From NCBI GenBank assembly GCA_020184695.1, contig JAANOX010000037.1:248001-312000 (forward strand): a DNA stretch of 64,000 nucleotides. The letters are read 5' to 3'. A model generated the notes under the pieces. That model was not told where the DNA came from, ran no database searches, and was given only the letters and a program-made list of their open reading frames with translations. Every line of letters starts with the position of its first letter. Positions within the stretch are counted from its first letter, which is position 1. The translations under genes were made by a program, and so were the position numbers. Source of the stretch: Histomonas meleagridis 2922-C6/04-290x. Taxonomy: Eukaryota > Protista > Parabasalia. Below, piece by piece: positions 60,944 through 64,000 of the stretch.

Positions 60944-62077
60944 ATCTTTAGCATTAATATCAATTCCTTTTAGTTGTAGTATGAATTGAACAAGTTCGAA
61001 ATTTACTGATTTTGACGCAGACATTAAAATATATTTTGGTTGTTGATATTTTCTAAGAAAATATCTTGTTAAAAACATATTTCCAATCGTTGCTGCTTCA
61101 TTAATAATATCATCATTGATATTCATTCCTTCTTTAAGTAAAAATGAAAATATTTCATAATTTTGATAAAAAATACAAAACTTTCCTAATTCTTCTAAAT
61201 TATTAATTTCTTTTAATTTATTATCATAAAAATATTTAAAGATATCATTTCGATGAAATTCAATTGCAGTTTCACATGCACCTTCAAATGATGAATGATT
61301 TTGTTCACATAAATGAATGATTTCTTCATTCCCACCCGCAACTGCATATTTACCTGTATATTTTACATTTGCACCATTCATAAGTAAATATTTAAAACAT
61401 TTTACTGAAGAAAAAAAGGCTGCATAATCAATTAAGCTAACCCAATGATCAATAAATGAACATCGTTCATAAATTGATGGTTCAATATTTTTATTAAAAT
61501 CAAAATCATTTTGAGATGATATTTCTTGAAGTTTATCTATTTCATCATCTCGAATCATTTTCGCGAGTTTACTTGGATTATGTCCTTCTTCAATTAATTT
61601 TTTATATAGCTCCCAATCATTCTTTGATAGTTCTTCATAATTTTCTTTTAATTGTTTTACATATAAATTTTGTGAGATAAACATATTATCAATTTCTTTT
61701 TGATTTAAATAATGAACAAAATATGGATCTCCTTTGAATTTAATAATTGTTGAATCAGCATATTTCTCTTTAATCATATAATCAATGAGATAACATGATT
61801 TACGTTGAGAATTACTTTGAAGCACATCGAGAAATACATGAAATATATTGAATTCATGATAATTCTTCTCTTCAAATGTTTCAATTTCCTTCATGAAAGA
61901 AAAATATAATTTACAAAATCGTATATCAATGAATTCATATATAATTTGACTGAGAATTAAGTTAAAGGAATACCTATATTTCTCATCAAATATTTCCATG
62001 ATTGATTGTGCTGATTGTTTAATATCTTTATCACTTAGATTAATAATGATTTTTTGAATCAATTTATTATTTCCCAT
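60905..62077 (-). CDS. DUF3447/ankyrin-repeat family protein (first exon-like ORF of the array gene)
   Basis: SLIDYAAFFSSVKCFKYLL, YAVAGGNEEIIHLCEQ, AIEFHRNDI, ILMSASKSVNFELVQFILQLKGIDINAKD. The ORF stops inside the first spacer. Confidence 0.85.
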   Translation of the reverse strand: MGNNKLIQKIIINLSDKDIKQSAQSIMEIFDEKYRYSFNLILSQIIYEFIDIRFCKLYFSFMKEIETFEEKNYHEFNIFHVFLDVLQSNSQRKSCYLIDYMIKEKYADSTIIKFKGDPYFVHYLNQKEIDNMFISQNLYVKQLKENYEELSKNDWELYKKLIEEGHNPSKLAKMIRDDEIDKLQEISSQNDFDFNKNIEPSIYERCSFIDHWVSLIDYAAFFSSVKCFKYLLMNGANVKYTGKYAVAGGNEEIIHLCEQNHSSFEGACETAIEFHRNDIFKYFYDNKLKEINNLEELGKFCIFYQNYEIFSFLLKEGMNINDDIINEAATIGNMFLTRYFLRKYQQPKYILMSASKSVNFELVQFILQLKGIDINAKDIYLFYLEFILLI

Positions 62078-62580
62078 TCATTATTTTTATCTTTTATAGT
62101 GTCAATCTTTTTACTGGGACTGTTTCTCATTTTAACATTTGAATGAAGACTTGACGATTAAAACGCATATAAAAAGTCCGAAAACACACTGTTATTCCAG
62201 TGAAAAACGATAACTTTTTGATTAACCGAGAAGCAGATTAAAAAAAAAGCCAAAAAGTTAACAAATCGTCCGATCAAAGCAACATCAATAAGATTGATTA
62301 AACGATCTTTTGTTGAGAATTTTACGTTCAAATTTTTCACATTTGAAACAAGAAATTTGATACGAATGAATCTGTCATTTTGTACACTTTTATTCATCAT
62401 AAAACAATTTTGGTGCATATTGACCGTATGATTTGGAGTTATGACCTCATTAAATGAAATTTTAACGTATTCCTATCGTACAATAAATTTCTTTGGAATT
62501 ATACGGTTAATTAAATTATGATTTGAATAAAGTTCTGAATTCCTTCCAGAAGGGCGATAAAAACCGTAATAACTTGTATA

Positions 62581-62658
62581 AACGGTTTTCATTCTAATTC
62601 CGATAAAAATTGAGAAGGAAAAAAAGTTTCAGAAAAGAAACCTTAAATCAAATCACTT
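62581..62658 (+). promoter_or_regulatory. M3-like AACGGTTT (62581-62588) and Inr TCACTT (62653-62658) upstream of the aldo-keto reductase
   Basis: Direct motif matches; ATG at 62661. Confidence 0.55.
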
Positions 62659-62660
62659 TC

Positions 62661-63509
62661 ATGCAAAACGTTACACTTAGCAATGGTGTTGTCATGCCAC
62701 TCGAAGGCTTTGGTGTTTTCCAAGTTCCAGATGGCGAACAGACCAAACAAGCAGTTCTTGATGCCATTAAAACAGGTTACAGATTAATCGATACTGCTGC
62801 AGCTTACTACAACGAAGAAGCTGTTGGTGCCGCTATCAAAGAATGTGGCGTTCCCAGAGAAGAACTTTTCATTGTGACCAAACTTTGGGTTCAAGATGCA
62901 GGCTATGAAAATGCCAAGAAAGCATTCGAAACATCCATGAAGAAACTCGGTCTTGACTACCTTGATCTTTACTTAATCCATCAACCATATGGTGACTACT
63001 ATGGTTCATGGCGTGCCATGGAAGAATTATATGAAGCCAAGAAAATCCGTGCAATTGGTGTCTCCAACTTCTACAATGACCGCCTTCTTGATCTTTGCTT
63101 GAATGTTCGTATTGTTCCACATGTTAACCAAGTTGAAGTTCATCCATTCTATCAACAAATCGAAGCAATGAAACTTATGAAGGAATACAAGATCCAAATC
63201 ATGGCATGGGCCCCACTTGCTGAAGGAAAGTTCGGAATCTTCCAAAATGAAACGCTCAAGAAGATTGCCGAAGCACATGGCAAATCAGTAGCTCAAGTTG
63301 CCCTTCGATGGAACACACAACGTGGTGTTGTCATCATTCCAAAGTCAGTTCGTCAGGATCGCATGGCTGAGAACCTTAACATTTGGGACTTCAAGCTCAC
63401 TGACGAAGAAATGAACGAAGTAGCCAAGTTAGATAAAGGACATAGTGAAATAGTTAATCACTATGATCCAGAATTTACAAAGATGATCAACAGTTGGAAG
63501 ATTCATTAA
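62661..63509 (+). CDS. Aldo-keto reductase (2,5-diketo-D-gluconate reductase-like), bacterial type
   Basis: GYRLIDTAAAYYNE, TKLW, DYLDLYLIHQP, IGVSNF, NQVEVHP, QVALRW, IPKSV; catalytic D-Y-K-H tetrad present. Confidence 0.95.
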   Translation: MQNVTLSNGVVMPLEGFGVFQVPDGEQTKQAVLDAIKTGYRLIDTAAAYYNEEAVGAAIKECGVPREELFIVTKLWVQDAGYENAKKAFETSMKKLGLDYLDLYLIHQPYGDYYGSWRAMEELYEAKKIRAIGVSNFYNDRLLDLCLNVRIVPHVNQVEVHPFYQQIEAMKLMKEYKIQIMAWAPLAEGKFGIFQNETLKKIAEAHGKSVAQVALRWNTQRGVVIIPKSVRQDRMAENLNIWDFKLTDEEMNEVAKLDKGHSEIVNHYDPEFTKMINSWKIH

Positions 63510-63720
63510 ATCAATTTTTTTAAAAAAAAATTATTTTGAATGTGAAACAACGAAATTAACTTTTATTTAATATAAATGATAACAATTTCAGATATAAATG
63601 AATAAGAAGCTTCTCTTCAAATTGAAGAAGATGCGTTTTGAGAGAATTTAACCAGAATTATTTTATTTTAATCTTTGATAACTGCTTCACATATTCGTAT
63701 ATTATCATAATCGATTAACT

Positions 63721-64000
63721 AAGTGCTGTATTAAATATTTTATATAATTTCCAAGTATTATTTTGAAATATAAAATTATCAAAATAAATTTTATATAAAA
63801 CAAATAAATATCTTCAACATTAATATTAATTCCTTTTTGTTCAAGAAGTAATTAAGCTATTTCTGTATGACCTTCTGAAGTTGCTAACATAAGTGCTGTA
63901 TTAAATAATTTGAATAATTTCCAAATATTATTTTTTAATATCAATTTATTAAAATAAATTTTAAATAAAACAAATAAATATCCTCAGCATTAATGTCAAT
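63721..64000 (-). repeat. 3' end of a second ankyrin-module/80-nt-spacer array (runs off the window)
   Basis: Spacers at 63900-63979 and 63730-63809. Module 63810-63899 reads TALMLATSEGHTEIA*LLLEQKGININVED. Confidence 0.85.

Overview
AT-rich, gene-dense eukaryotic DNA that looks parabasalid (trichomonad or Tritrichomonas-like). This assignment is inferred from TCAYT-type initiators, CGGTT and CCTTT promoter motifs, and BspA, TKL and DUF3447-ankyrin gene families. The standard genetic code fits and I found no canonical spliceosomal intron. The window holds about 35 protein genes, including Vps4, a Ras-like GTPase, a Rad23-like protein, endonuclease V, SERCA, RPS6, a PP4/PP6-like phosphatase, UAP56, TRAP-alpha, a 5-domain MRH receptor, a TRRAP-like protein and two bacterial-type oxidoreductases. 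It also has one tRNA-Ile(UAU), a 1.13-kb local duplication and several disrupted genes. Strongest leads: (1) an ankyrin gene at 59.7-62.1 kb whose seven 90-nt indel-free ankyrin modules are separated by conserved 80-nt (once 100-nt) frame-breaking AT-rich spacers with no conserved GT-AG ends, with a second such array at the right edge, a candidate non-canonical intron system; (2) a secreted precursor carrying three W-x-K amphipathic helices separated by acidic repeats, a candidate antimicrobial or lytic peptide precursor; (3) a degenerate Rab-like GTPase fused to a PP2A-A-like HEAT scaffold; (4) three adjacent genes whose expected start codons are ACG, TTG and TTG. All protein calls are from motif recognition by eye; no database search was run.
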